Of a stretch of 64,000 nucleotides of DNA, positions 36,407 to 45,160 are shown piece by piece (the first letter of the stretch is position 1; every line of letters starts with the position of its first letter). Source of the stretch: Eubacteriales bacterium (GTDB taxonomy: Bacteria; Bacillota; Clostridia; Oscillospirales; SIG627); the NCBI GenBank assembly GCA_045594565.1, contig JAZNYT010000054.1:734-64733 (forward strand), written 5' to 3'. Below the pieces are notes generated by a model that was not told the origin of the DNA, did not search any database, and worked only from the letters and a program-made list of their open reading frames with translations. The position numbers and the translations under genes were made by a program.

Positions 36407-37834
36407 TTATACCTTTCTGTCTGTATGCAAAATTTCATCTGTTTTAATTATCATATGCGCGAGGATCTCGATTCCGTTAATAAGTCCGTCGATGTCAATA
36501 AGCTCGTCCGGCTGATGTGCATCACCGTGACCATATGGTAAATCCAAGGGAGTTGTTTTCGGTATATAGAGTCCTGTGCTTACAGCGTTTTTGAGGAATC
36601 TTGAATATGTGCCCCCACGACTGAGGTATGGCTTCTTTTCCGTATCCCCTGTAGACTTTTGGAATACCTCCATGATTCCCGCAACAAGAGGATCACTTTC
36701 GGGGATAACGTAGCCTGCAAGGTTATATTTGATTTCAAGCTCTGCACCAATTTTCGAAAGATACTTTTTAAAGCCTTCCAAAAGAGCAGCGCTGTCTATC
36801 TCCATACCGAAGCGGCAGTCAAAGCTGAGTCGCAGCTTTCCGCCTGAGGTCTCTGCTATTCCGTTGACACATGTGGTATCTCCGAAGTCGGAGTCGGTGG
36901 TGTAAAGTCCCACGTCTCTCATAAAGGGGTCGGAAAGGAGAGGGCGTATATTTTTAAGAAGTGTTTTATCTTTATACGATATACTGCATTTTTCAAGTAT
37001 ATCTATTGCAACCATCAGAGCGTTTTTGGATTTTTTGGGGTATGCCGCGTGGGTACTGATACCCTTTGCAGTAAGTGTAATAACACCATCCGCTCTTGAA
37101 ACGGAGGCGTCAGGATCATCCTTTACATTGTGAATAAGCTCTTCGAAAAGCTTGTCGCTGTCCTGAAGCTTTATATCAACGCTTCCGAGAACGATATTGA
37201 AGGCAGAGCCTCCCTTTATTTCCTTTATATCATCGAAGCTCGAATTGAAGCTCGCCCAGAAATTAGCAATGGTCTTTTCTCCTCGGCAAACAGGGTAGTC
37301 GTTGTCGGGGATAATGGAAAAGCTTGGCATCTCCTCATTTTCCGCAAAGGCGGCAATGTCGGACATCCCGCTTTCTTCGTCGGCTCCTGCAAAGATGAGT
37401 ACACGGCTTTTGGGAAGTGCATCCGCTTCGCGCAGTGCCTTCATAGCCCAGAGTGCAGAAACGACACCGGATTTGTTATCGTGTACTCCTCTGCCGATAA
37501 GAAATCCGTCCTTTTCGATTATATCAAAGGGCTTTGTATATATCCAGTCGTTTTCATTTGCAGGTACCACGTCGGCGTGAGTGAATATACCGATAAGCTT
37601 TTCGTCACCGTCGGTTGTGACTTTAAGATATTTGAAATCCTCGCCGTAGGCGACTTCAAAGCCTTCACTGCCGTATATTTCTTTTGTCCTTTCAAGAACT
37701 CTTTTGCATCCTTCACCGAAAGGAGCAGCCTCTGTGGGTACACCCTTTACGGAAGGAATAGAGGCTATGTCCTTCAGCATTTCGACGATATCACCACGAT
37801 GCTCTGTAAGGTAATTTTTTATATAGTTTTCCAT
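36407..37834 (-). CDS. M20-family dipeptidase (PepV/Sapep-like)
   Basis: From ORF 36407..37894. Start moved to ATG 37834 (MENYIKNYLTEHRGDIVEMLKDIASIPSV). Motifs: FTHADVVPA, GRGVHDNKSG, ADEESG. Confidence 0.8.
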   Translation of the reverse strand: MENYIKNYLTEHRGDIVEMLKDIASIPSVKGVPTEAAPFGEGCKRVLERTKEIYGSEGFEVAYGEDFKYLKVTTDGDEKLIGIFTHADVVPANENDWIYTKPFDIIEKDGFLIGRGVHDNKSGVVSALWAMKALREADALPKSRVLIFAGADEESGMSDIAAFAENEEMPSFSIIPDNDYPVCRGEKTIANFWASFNSSFDDIKEIKGGSAFNIVLGSVDIKLQDSDKLFEELIHNVKDDPDASVSRADGVITLTAKGISTHAAYPKKSKNALMVAIDILEKCSISYKDKTLLKNIRPLLSDPFMRDVGLYTTDSDFGDTTCVNGIAETSGGKLRLSFDCRFGMEIDSAALLEGFKKYLSKIGAELEIKYNLAGYVIPESDPLVAGIMEVFQKSTGDTEKKPYLSRGGTYSRFLKNAVSTGLYIPKTTPLDLPYGHGDAHQPDELIDIDGLINGIEILAHMIIKTDEILHTDRKV

Positions 37835-37994
37835 TTTTCGCCTTTCTGCAACTATATTAAGGTAAATGATACCATAAATCCTCAAAATTGTCAATAAAAG
37901 TATTTTGCGTTCAAGGTTATTTTACCCTATTTTTTTGAATAAAACTTTAAATTGATGAAAAAAATAAGAGTGAAGAAAAGAAAGGAGAAAAAAT

Positions 37995-38339
37995 ATGACA
38001 GTTAAAAGAGGAGATATATTTTATGCAGATTTAAGTCCCGTTGTGGGCAGTGAGCAGGGGGGAGTAAGACCTGTGGTGATAGTTCAGAATGACGTAGGTA
38101 ACCGCCACAGTCCAACTGTAATTGCCGCCGCGATAACAAGCCGTACCGAAAAAACAAAGCTCCCCACACATATCGACGTTACCGCCGACCGCTTCGGCCT
38201 GGCAAAGGATTCGGTTATTCTTCTTGAACAAGTACGTACAATAGATAAAAAAAGACTAAAGGAAAAAATGGGACATCTTGAGGATGAAACAATGGAAAGG
38301 GTCAATTCTGCAATTTCCGTAAGCTTCGGACTTGAATGA
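37995..38339 (+). CDS. mazF: MazF/PemK-family endoribonuclease toxin (EndoA-like)
   Basis: 114 aa. [45 protein letters not shown] is nearly the canonical EndoA/MazF N-terminus. Confidence 0.9.
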   Translation: MTVKRGDIFYADLSPVVGSEQGGVRPVVIVQNDVGNRHSPTVIAAAITSRTEKTKLPTHIDVTADRFGLAKDSVILLEQVRTIDKKRLKEKMGHLEDETMERVNSAISVSFGLE

Positions 38340-38384
38340 CAGGAGATAGGAAAAACGTTCATAGTCCAAAACATATAAAAATGA

Positions 38385-38422
38385 AAGGAAACTCATTATT
38401 GAGTTTCCTTCCTTGTTTTTTT
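38385..38422 (+). terminator. intrinsic terminator after mazF
   Basis: 10-bp stem aaggaaactc/gagtttcctt with a 6-nt loop, followed by ccttgttttttt. Confidence 0.7.
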
Positions 38423-38483
38423 ATGAAGCAATTTCCAAACCGCAAAACTAAAGTTTTGGCGGTCCGGACGTCTTTAACATATC

Positions 38484-38714
38484 TTACTCTACAATAAGGT
38501 CTTTTACTGCTTCAATTACCTGCTCCTCGTCTACACCCTCTGCGGTAAGTCCGATGGGATGTGCAAGGTCAAGGCTGAATACTCCGATAACCGACTTTGC
38601 ATTTACAACGTACTTACCACTGGTAAGGTCAACGTCGGAAAGGAAACGGCTCATATCGTTTACGAAGCTCTGAATCTGAACGATAGTGTTGAATTTAATA
38701 TTTACTTTTTTCAT
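38484..38714 (-). CDS. HPr-like protein lacking His15 but keeping the Ser46 motif (Crh-like)
   Basis: 76 aa. GKYVVNAKSVIGVFSL aligns with Crh/HPr GKxVNAKSIMGxMSL. The His15 loop (GxHARPA) is replaced by NTIVQIQSF. Lies 28 nt downstream of the PIG-L gene. Confidence 0.65.
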   Translation of the reverse strand: MKKVNIKFNTIVQIQSFVNDMSRFLSDVDLTSGKYVVNAKSVIGVFSLDLAHPIGLTAEGVDEEQVIEAVKDLIVE

Positions 38715-38742
38715 AGTATTTCTCCTTTAGATTATTTATTTG

Positions 38743-39447
38743 TTAGGGAAGAATTCTATAAGGAACAAGTCTGTGAGATACAAGGCAGGGACGGAATGCT
38801 TCTGCATACTGTACCTTGCACTGCATACCGCGGAACTCGGAGAGAAGACGGCACTCGTTAGTGTAGTCTACGTTGTCGTGCTCCTTGAGCCATACTGCCT
38901 GTGACTCGTGACAAAGAAGCATTTCAACCTTCTTTTCATAGTAAGGAGTGATATCAACGTATTCGGTAGGCATAAAGTTTACGCCCGCTGCTGTTTCCAT
39001 ATAGTAGATGGGGCAAATTTTATTTGTAGCAGGATACTTTGTAACATAGTGAGGAACTGTTGCCATGAAAGCCGCGTCAAATGCGAGCTTTGATGCTGCA
39101 ATGTGGTCGCACATATAGTCATCGGGGTCGGGCATAATGATGAGGTCGGGGTCTGCCTGACGTACGATGTCAACTATTATATCCTTCTGCTCACGGCTCT
39201 GATAGTAGGAGCAAAGGTCGCCTATATCTGCAGGAAGGTATGTAAAGCCTGCAAGGTCGCAGGAACGCTGTGCTTCTGCACGTCTTATGTCGCGAAGCTC
39301 GTCCGGCATAATCTCAAGGTGTCCCATATTACCGTTGTTAACTGTACATACGAAAACCTCGTCACCTCTGTCCTTACACTTAAGAAGTGTGCCTGCGCAA
39401 TGAAATTCAATATCATCGGGATGTGCTGCGATAGCTAAAACTCTCAT
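38743..39447 (-). CDS. PIG-L/LmbE-family N-acetylglucosaminyl deacetylase
   Basis: 234 aa. The N-terminal VLAIAAHPDDIEFHCAGTL is the zinc-binding PIG-L signature, and an HxxH-like CDHIAAS motif follows downstream. Confidence 0.8.
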   Translation of the reverse strand: MRVLAIAAHPDDIEFHCAGTLLKCKDRGDEVFVCTVNNGNMGHLEIMPDELRDIRRAEAQRSCDLAGFTYLPADIGDLCSYYQSREQKDIIVDIVRQADPDLIIMPDPDDYMCDHIAASKLAFDAAFMATVPHYVTKYPATNKICPIYYMETAAGVNFMPTEYVDITPYYEKKVEMLLCHESQAVWLKEHDNVDYTNECRLLSEFRGMQCKVQYAEAFRPCLVSHRLVPYRILP

Positions 39448-39487
39448 AAATTACCTCCAAAAAGTTAAAATATCTTCTATCTTTGAA

Positions 39488-39516
39488 ATTATCTCATATT
39501 ATATTTGTTTTGTCAA
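39488..39516 (-). promoter_or_regulatory. sigma-A-type promoter for the PIG-L/HPr-like pair
   Basis: On the minus strand: TTGACA (39516-39511), 17-nt spacer, GATAAT (39493-39488). The -35 box begins 4 nt after the upstream stop codon. Confidence 0.5.
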
Positions 39517-39519
39517 GGC

Positions 39520-41589
39520 TTATTTCAAGTCATTCTTGATAACCTCACGGAATTCTCCAAGGTCGACTTCAATCATAGTCTCAACCTGATTGATTTTCCA
39601 GAGAAGATGCTCCTCGTCGGCAAGGTATTCCATAGAAGGCTCCCAACCGAGACGGGAATTCATTCGAACGAGAGGAATAGCATCCTTTGTGTTCTCTATC
39701 TCTGCCCTTGCGGCGCGCTCCATATTGTCAAGGCGCTCCTTCATCTTCAAAGGCTCGTCCTCTGCATAGAATTTCACCTTTTCTGTATTGAAGGTCTTGA
39801 CGTTGATACAGGTTCTCACACAGCAGAGAATGTATTTACCAAGGTCGATAAGCTCGTTGAGCGCATCGTTTTTCGCAGGCGCTTTTTCGAGTATTTCAAG
39901 ACCTTCAAGGAGAAGTCCTTCCATTATCTTGAAGCAATTCGTTTCATAGGGGATTCTTATCTGTGGCATACTCACGTTGTTGTAGCCCGTTCTGCCGTAG
40001 CCGATATAGTCTACGCGTATAACCGCAGTTGATGACCCAAAGTGAGCGTAAGGCACCGAGGGAGGTACCTGATTTCCCCAAAGACAGATGGGATAACCGG
40101 GACCGATACGAAGACCGCCGTACTGGTCGGCTCCCGTAGCATATATGTGTGTTATAGCTTCACTCCAGAGCTTCAACGCCCCTTCAAGCGATTCCACGTT
40201 CTCCTTGCCAAATTCAGATGCAAGAATATCGGGAAGGGCGTTGTCGTTCTTCTTTGTGGAGGCAATAAAGTTAGCCTTTGCAAATCTGCTGATAAAGGAA
40301 GGATAGAATCCGAAGTGATGAGATTCCATAATTCCGCAGAGTCCGTACTTTTCGTGGCACTCCTTCATATTGTCGTATCTCTTTTTCCACTGATAGGGGA
40401 AGGGCTCATAGGGTATAGTGCCGAAGTCCCAGGTAAGACCGCCTGTGTTTACCATAGAGTAAAGACGTATACCGTTTTTCTTCGCCGCCTTTGCTTCGGA
40501 GAGGAAATAGTAACCGGGGCCTTCGGTTGAAAGAGTGTAGTCTCCGCTTCTTTCGGTAACTCCGTCTCTTACGAAGGTTTCGTCAAGCTCAAAGGTAGCA
40601 AGAAGAGATATATCCTTGGGCATATTCTCGATAAGTCTTACTCTGTATTCCTCAGGTGCCCAACCCCAGTTGTAGCTCCAAAGAACGATGTCAGCCTTAT
40701 CGTTGTACTTGTGGACGGTTTTCTTGATAAGCTCAAGCCATTCGGGATAGTCGGATGCAGGCCAGAAGCTTGACCTTACGTGTCTCTTTTCGAGCTCGGG
40801 GTCACGGCTGGGGAAGCCTACCGACTCGCCGACAAGCACAACGCCTCGAAGCTTGGGACATTTCTTGAAAAGCTCGCCGTAGGTGGATTCGTAGTATTCG
40901 TCAGCTCCCTCGTCGGCGGGGTGGAAATTACTCTTCATATAGCTATATGCGTATACGTCAACACCGTATTTTGCGGCGCGGCAGATAAGCTCGTTGAAGT
41001 CGAGATATCCGCAGGTGGTGGTGTTGACAGCTTTTGTGAAGACGAGAATTGCATCCATTCCGCTGTGTGCAATAGCACGCAGGTGGCAATCGGGGAATTG
41101 GTCGATGCCGTAGCCCGAATGTATCATACGGGGGGAGTACATCGCCTTGTTTTCAACGGTCTCCTTTTTGATAAAGGGAGCAAATCTTACGCTCATCAGG
41201 TCTTCGAGATAGTAGAACGCCTGTGCAATACCTCTTTCGTCGAATGCATCTATCACGATGCCGTCCTCGAAGGAAAGCTTGTATCCCATATAGCCTTTTC
41301 CGAAATCAAGCTTTTCGGGGGCGATGGTTGCAACTATCTTACCCGTACCCTTGGCGTTGCCTTTAACGTCTATCATAGCGGACACTCCCATAGAAATGAG
41401 GAGATAGTCCTGAAGGTCCTTTGCGGCGGTGAGTGTGACGTCTGATACCACCTTCGATATATCAATGACGAAGCCGTTTTCAATTTCGATTTCGTCGGAT
41501 GCAGGGGTGAGCGCTAAATCTCTTAAATCTTTTTTGTGAATCTCAAGCATCTTCTGCCTGAATTCATAGTTAATTTCGGGCTTTCTCAT
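39520..41589 (-). CDS. uncharacterised 689-aa cytoplasmic protein, paralog A (putative glycoside-hydrolase-like)
   Basis: No signal peptide. GYMGYKLSFEDGIVIDAFDERGIAQAFYYLEDLM resembles the EGYxL...GxFYGxQTLxQL module of GH20b/GH84/GH67 N-terminal domains and is followed by a barrel-sized domain. The family assignment is tentative. Confidence 0.35.
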   Translation of the reverse strand: MRKPEINYEFRQKMLEIHKKDLRDLALTPASDEIEIENGFVIDISKVVSDVTLTAAKDLQDYLLISMGVSAMIDVKGNAKGTGKIVATIAPEKLDFGKGYMGYKLSFEDGIVIDAFDERGIAQAFYYLEDLMSVRFAPFIKKETVENKAMYSPRMIHSGYGIDQFPDCHLRAIAHSGMDAILVFTKAVNTTTCGYLDFNELICRAAKYGVDVYAYSYMKSNFHPADEGADEYYESTYGELFKKCPKLRGVVLVGESVGFPSRDPELEKRHVRSSFWPASDYPEWLELIKKTVHKYNDKADIVLWSYNWGWAPEEYRVRLIENMPKDISLLATFELDETFVRDGVTERSGDYTLSTEGPGYYFLSEAKAAKKNGIRLYSMVNTGGLTWDFGTIPYEPFPYQWKKRYDNMKECHEKYGLCGIMESHHFGFYPSFISRFAKANFIASTKKNDNALPDILASEFGKENVESLEGALKLWSEAITHIYATGADQYGGLRIGPGYPICLWGNQVPPSVPYAHFGSSTAVIRVDYIGYGRTGYNNVSMPQIRIPYETNCFKIMEGLLLEGLEILEKAPAKNDALNELIDLGKYILCCVRTCINVKTFNTEKVKFYAEDEPLKMKERLDNMERAARAEIENTKDAIPLVRMNSRLGWEPSMEYLADEEHLLWKINQVETMIEVDLGEFREVIKNDLK

Positions 41590-41697
41590 ATTCGCTCTCC
41601 AAAATTCAATATTTGCATTTTTAAAATTATTTCACATATTCGTGAAATTTACAAGAAATATTTTATAAAAAATGGACAAAAATTAACTTCAAAAGGC

Positions 41698-43767
41698 TTA
41701 TTTCAAGTCGTTCTTGATAACCTCACGGAATTCTCCGAGGTCGATGGTTATCATATGTTCAACCTGATTTATCTTCCAGAGAAGATGCTCCTCGTCGGCA
41801 AGGTATTCCATAGAAGGCTCCCAACCGAGACGGGAATTCATACGAACAAGAGGGATGGCATCCTTTGTGTTCTCTATCTCCGCTCTTGCGGCGCGCTCCA
41901 TATTGTCAAGGCGCGCCTTCATCTTCAAAGGCTCGTCCTCTGCATAGAACTTAACTTTTTCTGTATTGAAGGTCTTGACGTTGATACAGGTTCTGACACA
42001 GCAGAGAATGTATTTACCAAGGTCGATAAGCTCGTCGAGGGCATCGTTTTTCACGGGTGCTTTTTCGAGGATTTCGATACCCGCCCCGAGAAGCTCCTCC
42101 ATCTTCTTGAAGCACTTTGTCTCGTATGGCATTCTTATCTGAGGCATACTCAAGTCATTGTGACCTGTTCTGCCGTAGCCGATGTAGTCAACGCGAAGCA
42201 CACCTGTTCCTGAGCCGAAATGAGCGTATGGCACAGATGGCGGCACTTGATTTCCCCATAAGCAGATGGGGTAGCCGGGACCGATACGAAGTCCGCCGTA
42301 CTGGTCGGAACCCGTTGCATTCATATACGTTATAGCCTCGCTCCAGAGCTTCAGTGCTTCGTCGATAACCTCAACGTTTTCACGTCCGAATTCGGATGTG
42401 AGAATTTCGGAAAGCGCATTATCATTGCTCTTGGTGGACGCTATGAAGTTAGCCTTTGCAAATTTGCTGATAAAAGAAGGATAGAAACCGAAGTGATGAG
42501 ACTCCATAATACCGCATAGTCCATACTTTTCGTGACATTCCTTCATGTTGTCGTATCTCTTTTTCCACTGATATGGGAAGGGCTCGTAGGGGATAGTACC
42601 GAAGTCCCAGGTAAGACCGCCTGTATTCACCATAGAGTAAAGGCGTATCCCGTTTTCCTTTGCCGCCTTTGCCTCGGAAAGGAAGTAATTACCCGGTCCT
42701 GTAAGGGATAGTGTATAGTCGGCAGTTCTTTCTGTTACCCCTTCTCTTACGTAGCTCTGATGCATCTCAAAGGTGGCAAGGAGGGATACGTCCTTTGGCA
42801 TATTCTCTATGAGCTTCACTCTGTATTCCTCAGGTGCCCAGCCCCAGTTGTAGCTCCAAAGCACGATATCTGCCTTATCGTTGTATTTATGAACGTGCTT
42901 CTTGATGCATTCAAGCCATTCCGGATAGTCGGCAGCCGGCCAAAATCTGGAGGTAACGTTTCTCTTTTCAAGCTCGGGGTCACGGCTGGGGAAGCCTATG
43001 GATTCACCTACAAGTACAACACCTCGAAGCTTCGGGCATTTCTTGAAAAGCTCGCCGTAGGTGGATTCGTAGTATTCGTCAGCTCCCTCGTCGGCAGGGT
43101 GGAAATTACTCTTCATATAGCTGTATGCGTATACGTCAACACCGTATTTTGCGGCACGGCAGATAAGCTCGTTGAAGTCAAGGTATCCGCAGGTGGTGGT
43201 ATTTACCGCCTTTGTGAATACGAGAATGGCATCCATACCGCTGTGAGCTATAGCTCTGAGATGACAGTCGGGGAACTGGTCGATGCCGTAGCCCGAATGT
43301 ATCATACGGGGGGAATACATAGCCTTGTTTTCAACGGTTTCCTTCTTGATGAAGGGTGCGCGTCGTAAGGTCATCATGTCCTCAATATAGTAGAACGCCT
43401 GAGCAATACCACGCTCGTCGAAGGCGTCGATTACGATACCTTCCTCAAAGGAAAGCTTGTAGCCCATATAACCCTTTCCAAAGTCAAGCTTTTCGGGGGC
43501 GATGGTTGCAACTATCTTACCCGTACCCTTGGCGTTGCCTTTAACGTCTATCATAGTGGAAACGCCCATAGAAATGAGGAGATAGTCCTGAAGGTCCTTT
43601 GCGGCGGTGAGGGTAACGTCGGTTACGGCTTTTGAAATATCAATTACAAATCCGTTTTTAATCTCCGTTTCATCAGTTGCGGGGGTGAGGGTCTCGTCTC
43701 TTAAGTCCTTTTTGTGAATTTCAAGCATCTTCTGCCTGAATTCATAGTTTATCTCTGGTGTTCTCAT
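41698..43767 (-). CDS. uncharacterised 689-aa cytoplasmic protein, paralog B (putative glycoside-hydrolase-like)
   Basis: From ORF 41698..43788. Start moved to ATG 43767 (GGAGG 6 nt upstream), so both paralogs begin MR(K/T)PEINYEFRQKMLEIHKK and are 689 aa. Confidence 0.35.
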   Translation of the reverse strand: MRTPEINYEFRQKMLEIHKKDLRDETLTPATDETEIKNGFVIDISKAVTDVTLTAAKDLQDYLLISMGVSTMIDVKGNAKGTGKIVATIAPEKLDFGKGYMGYKLSFEEGIVIDAFDERGIAQAFYYIEDMMTLRRAPFIKKETVENKAMYSPRMIHSGYGIDQFPDCHLRAIAHSGMDAILVFTKAVNTTTCGYLDFNELICRAAKYGVDVYAYSYMKSNFHPADEGADEYYESTYGELFKKCPKLRGVVLVGESIGFPSRDPELEKRNVTSRFWPAADYPEWLECIKKHVHKYNDKADIVLWSYNWGWAPEEYRVKLIENMPKDVSLLATFEMHQSYVREGVTERTADYTLSLTGPGNYFLSEAKAAKENGIRLYSMVNTGGLTWDFGTIPYEPFPYQWKKRYDNMKECHEKYGLCGIMESHHFGFYPSFISKFAKANFIASTKSNDNALSEILTSEFGRENVEVIDEALKLWSEAITYMNATGSDQYGGLRIGPGYPICLWGNQVPPSVPYAHFGSGTGVLRVDYIGYGRTGHNDLSMPQIRMPYETKCFKKMEELLGAGIEILEKAPVKNDALDELIDLGKYILCCVRTCINVKTFNTEKVKFYAEDEPLKMKARLDNMERAARAEIENTKDAIPLVRMNSRLGWEPSMEYLADEEHLLWKINQVEHMITIDLGEFREVIKNDLK

Positions 43768-43817
43768 AATAACCTCCGTTTGTGACAATAATTTGGAAAG
43801 TTCCAGTATATGAGCCT

Positions 43818-43846
43818 ATAATATATCTTTAATTATGAAAAGTCAA
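43818..43846 (-). promoter_or_regulatory. sigma-A-type promoter upstream of paralog B
   Basis: On the minus strand: TTGACT (43846-43841), 17-nt spacer, TATTAT (43823-43818). Confidence 0.5.
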
Positions 43847-43849
43847 TAG

Positions 43850-43882
43850 AAAAAGCTTGAAAAAATTTTTTCAAGCTTTTTT
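43850..43882 (-). terminator. palindromic terminator overlapping the CarD-like stop codon
   Basis: Perfect palindrome aaaaagcttgaaaaaa/ttttttcaagcttttt centred at 43865/43866. On the minus strand it is followed by TTTTTCT. Confidence 0.55.
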
Positions 43883-44371
43883 GTTTGTAAATATATAATT
43901 TTCAACTTCGTTTTTATCAATTTCAAGAACGTAAGCACATTCACCCTCGAAGATATGCTTGGCGGTGCTCAAAAATTGTTCATCTGTATAATTCAACTTT
44001 TTTCCGCATTTAGTAAGTTCAAGATTTCTTGACAAAAGGGCTTTTATGATTCCAACGACAGACTCTCTTTCACCGCTGTCCAGCAGCTCCTTGTATTTTT
44101 CTTGACGCTGCTTATCATTGTCTATCCAAATCGGCTCTATCTCGTGTAATCTGCCGAGTAGGCTCAGTAACTCATTTTTGCTGAAAACGGGTTTTATTTT
44201 TGAAACAAGCCTTTCGTTGAATTCGGGTACGTGAATTGTAGTTCTGCTTTCGTATAAAGGCTTCAGTACGTAATAATTCTTTTTTTCTCCTAAGAAATCT
44301 TCTTCTTTTATGTCTACAATACGGCATATTCCCGAATTACCGTAAATTATAGCGTCGCCTTGTTTTAACAT
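43871..44371 (-). CDS. CarD/CdnL-family transcriptional regulator
   Basis: 166 aa. The N-terminal Tudor-like LKQGDAIIYGNSGICRIVDI...YYVLKP is typical of the CarD_CdnL_TRCF domain. Confidence 0.75.
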   Translation of the reverse strand: MLKQGDAIIYGNSGICRIVDIKEEDFLGEKKNYYVLKPLYESRTTIHVPEFNERLVSKIKPVFSKNELLSLLGRLHEIEPIWIDNDKQRQEKYKELLDSGERESVVGIIKALLSRNLELTKCGKKLNYTDEQFLSTAKHIFEGECAYVLEIDKNEVENYIFTNKKA

Positions 44372-44473
44372 AAAATCCCCTCCTACCTTTTTATTTTACC
44401 ATAAACAAAAATTTAATGTAATAGTTAAAATAACCAAAAGTACAAGGGGATTTCATTGTGCAAAAAAGCGAAA

Positions 44474-45010
44474 TTAAAGAAGCCAAACGTCCATTCGTCC
44501 GTTTGAACGGCGCTTACGGTAAAACTCTGCAAGCTCTTCAAGCTTTTTTTCAAACTCCTCTTTGAGCTCTGTGGGCTCCAGAAGCTTCACCTTGTCACCA
44601 AGGTTGAAAAGTGCCTGGAAAAGCTCGGAGGAAGGAACACCAAGCTCTGACTTAACGTATTCTCCGTCCTCGGTCTCCGTTCCTTTTCCAAAAAATTCTC
44701 GAACAATTTCTGCGTCCTCTTTTTTGAACTCCACGGTGATATGTAAAAGATCAAGAGTGACGGGCTTTGCTTTAGGAGCTTTCTTCTCCTTTTCTTCCTC
44801 CATAAAGTAGCCAAGCTTATTATCGTGGCAAAGAGTTATCTTATATCCGTATTCAGAAAGAGTCTTGATGTCTCGGCAAACGGACTTTCGCTCTGCCGTA
44901 ATGCCCGATTCTTCAAGCTTTTTACAAATACCCACGGCAGTTATGGGGTGGCTCTTGTCGGTGTCGCGAAGAATGTCGAGCACCTTTAATAATTTAAGTT
45001 TTGGTTGCAT
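44474..45010 (-). CDS. HTH transcriptional regulator (YafY/PafC-like wHTH plus C-terminal WCX-like segment, apparently no WYL domain)
   Basis: From ORF 44474..45043. Start moved to ATG 45010 (AGAGGTG RBS). The N-terminal KLLKVLDILRDTDKSHPITAVGICKKLEESGITAERKSVCRDIKTL is a wHTH. The C-terminal ...GDKVKLLEPTELKEEF resembles the end of YafY-type regulators. Confidence 0.45.
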   Translation of the reverse strand: MQPKLKLLKVLDILRDTDKSHPITAVGICKKLEESGITAERKSVCRDIKTLSEYGYKITLCHDNKLGYFMEEEKEKKAPKAKPVTLDLLHITVEFKKEDAEIVREFFGKGTETEDGEYVKSELGVPSSELFQALFNLGDKVKLLEPTELKEEFEKKLEELAEFYRKRRSNGRMDVWLL

Positions 45011-45096
45011 ATTATCACCTCTTGAACGTATTATATCATACAAAGGACAAAAATGGTAGAGGTATTTTTAAAAAAATAAAAATTTTCAAAAAGCTC

Positions 45097-45124
45097 TTGA
45101 TTTTGATGAGGTTTTGACTATAAT
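45097..45124 (+). promoter_or_regulatory. sigma-A-type promoter
   Basis: TTGATT (45097-45102), 16-nt spacer, TATAAT (45119-45124). Lies 37 nt upstream of the oxidoreductase start. Confidence 0.5.
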
Positions 45125-45160
45125 GTTAGGTAGAATTAAACTTGTTTAGGAGCTTTTGAA

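Larger units (their letters stand above)
39520..43767 (-). repeat. tandem gene duplication (two units, stop-to-stop period 2178 bp)
   Basis: The two coding sequences are collinear over their whole length with no indels seen. Similarity stops within a few nt of the stop codon and at the start codon. The intergenic and upstream regions differ. Confidence 0.9.

Noticed and set aside
37955-38005. A 16-codon ORF ([16 protein letters not shown]) upstream of and overlapping mazF, considered as a candidate antitoxin.
   Set aside because: It is far shorter than any MazE/PemI-type antitoxin. It is a translation of the purine-rich RBS region, out of frame with mazF, and has no RBS of its own.
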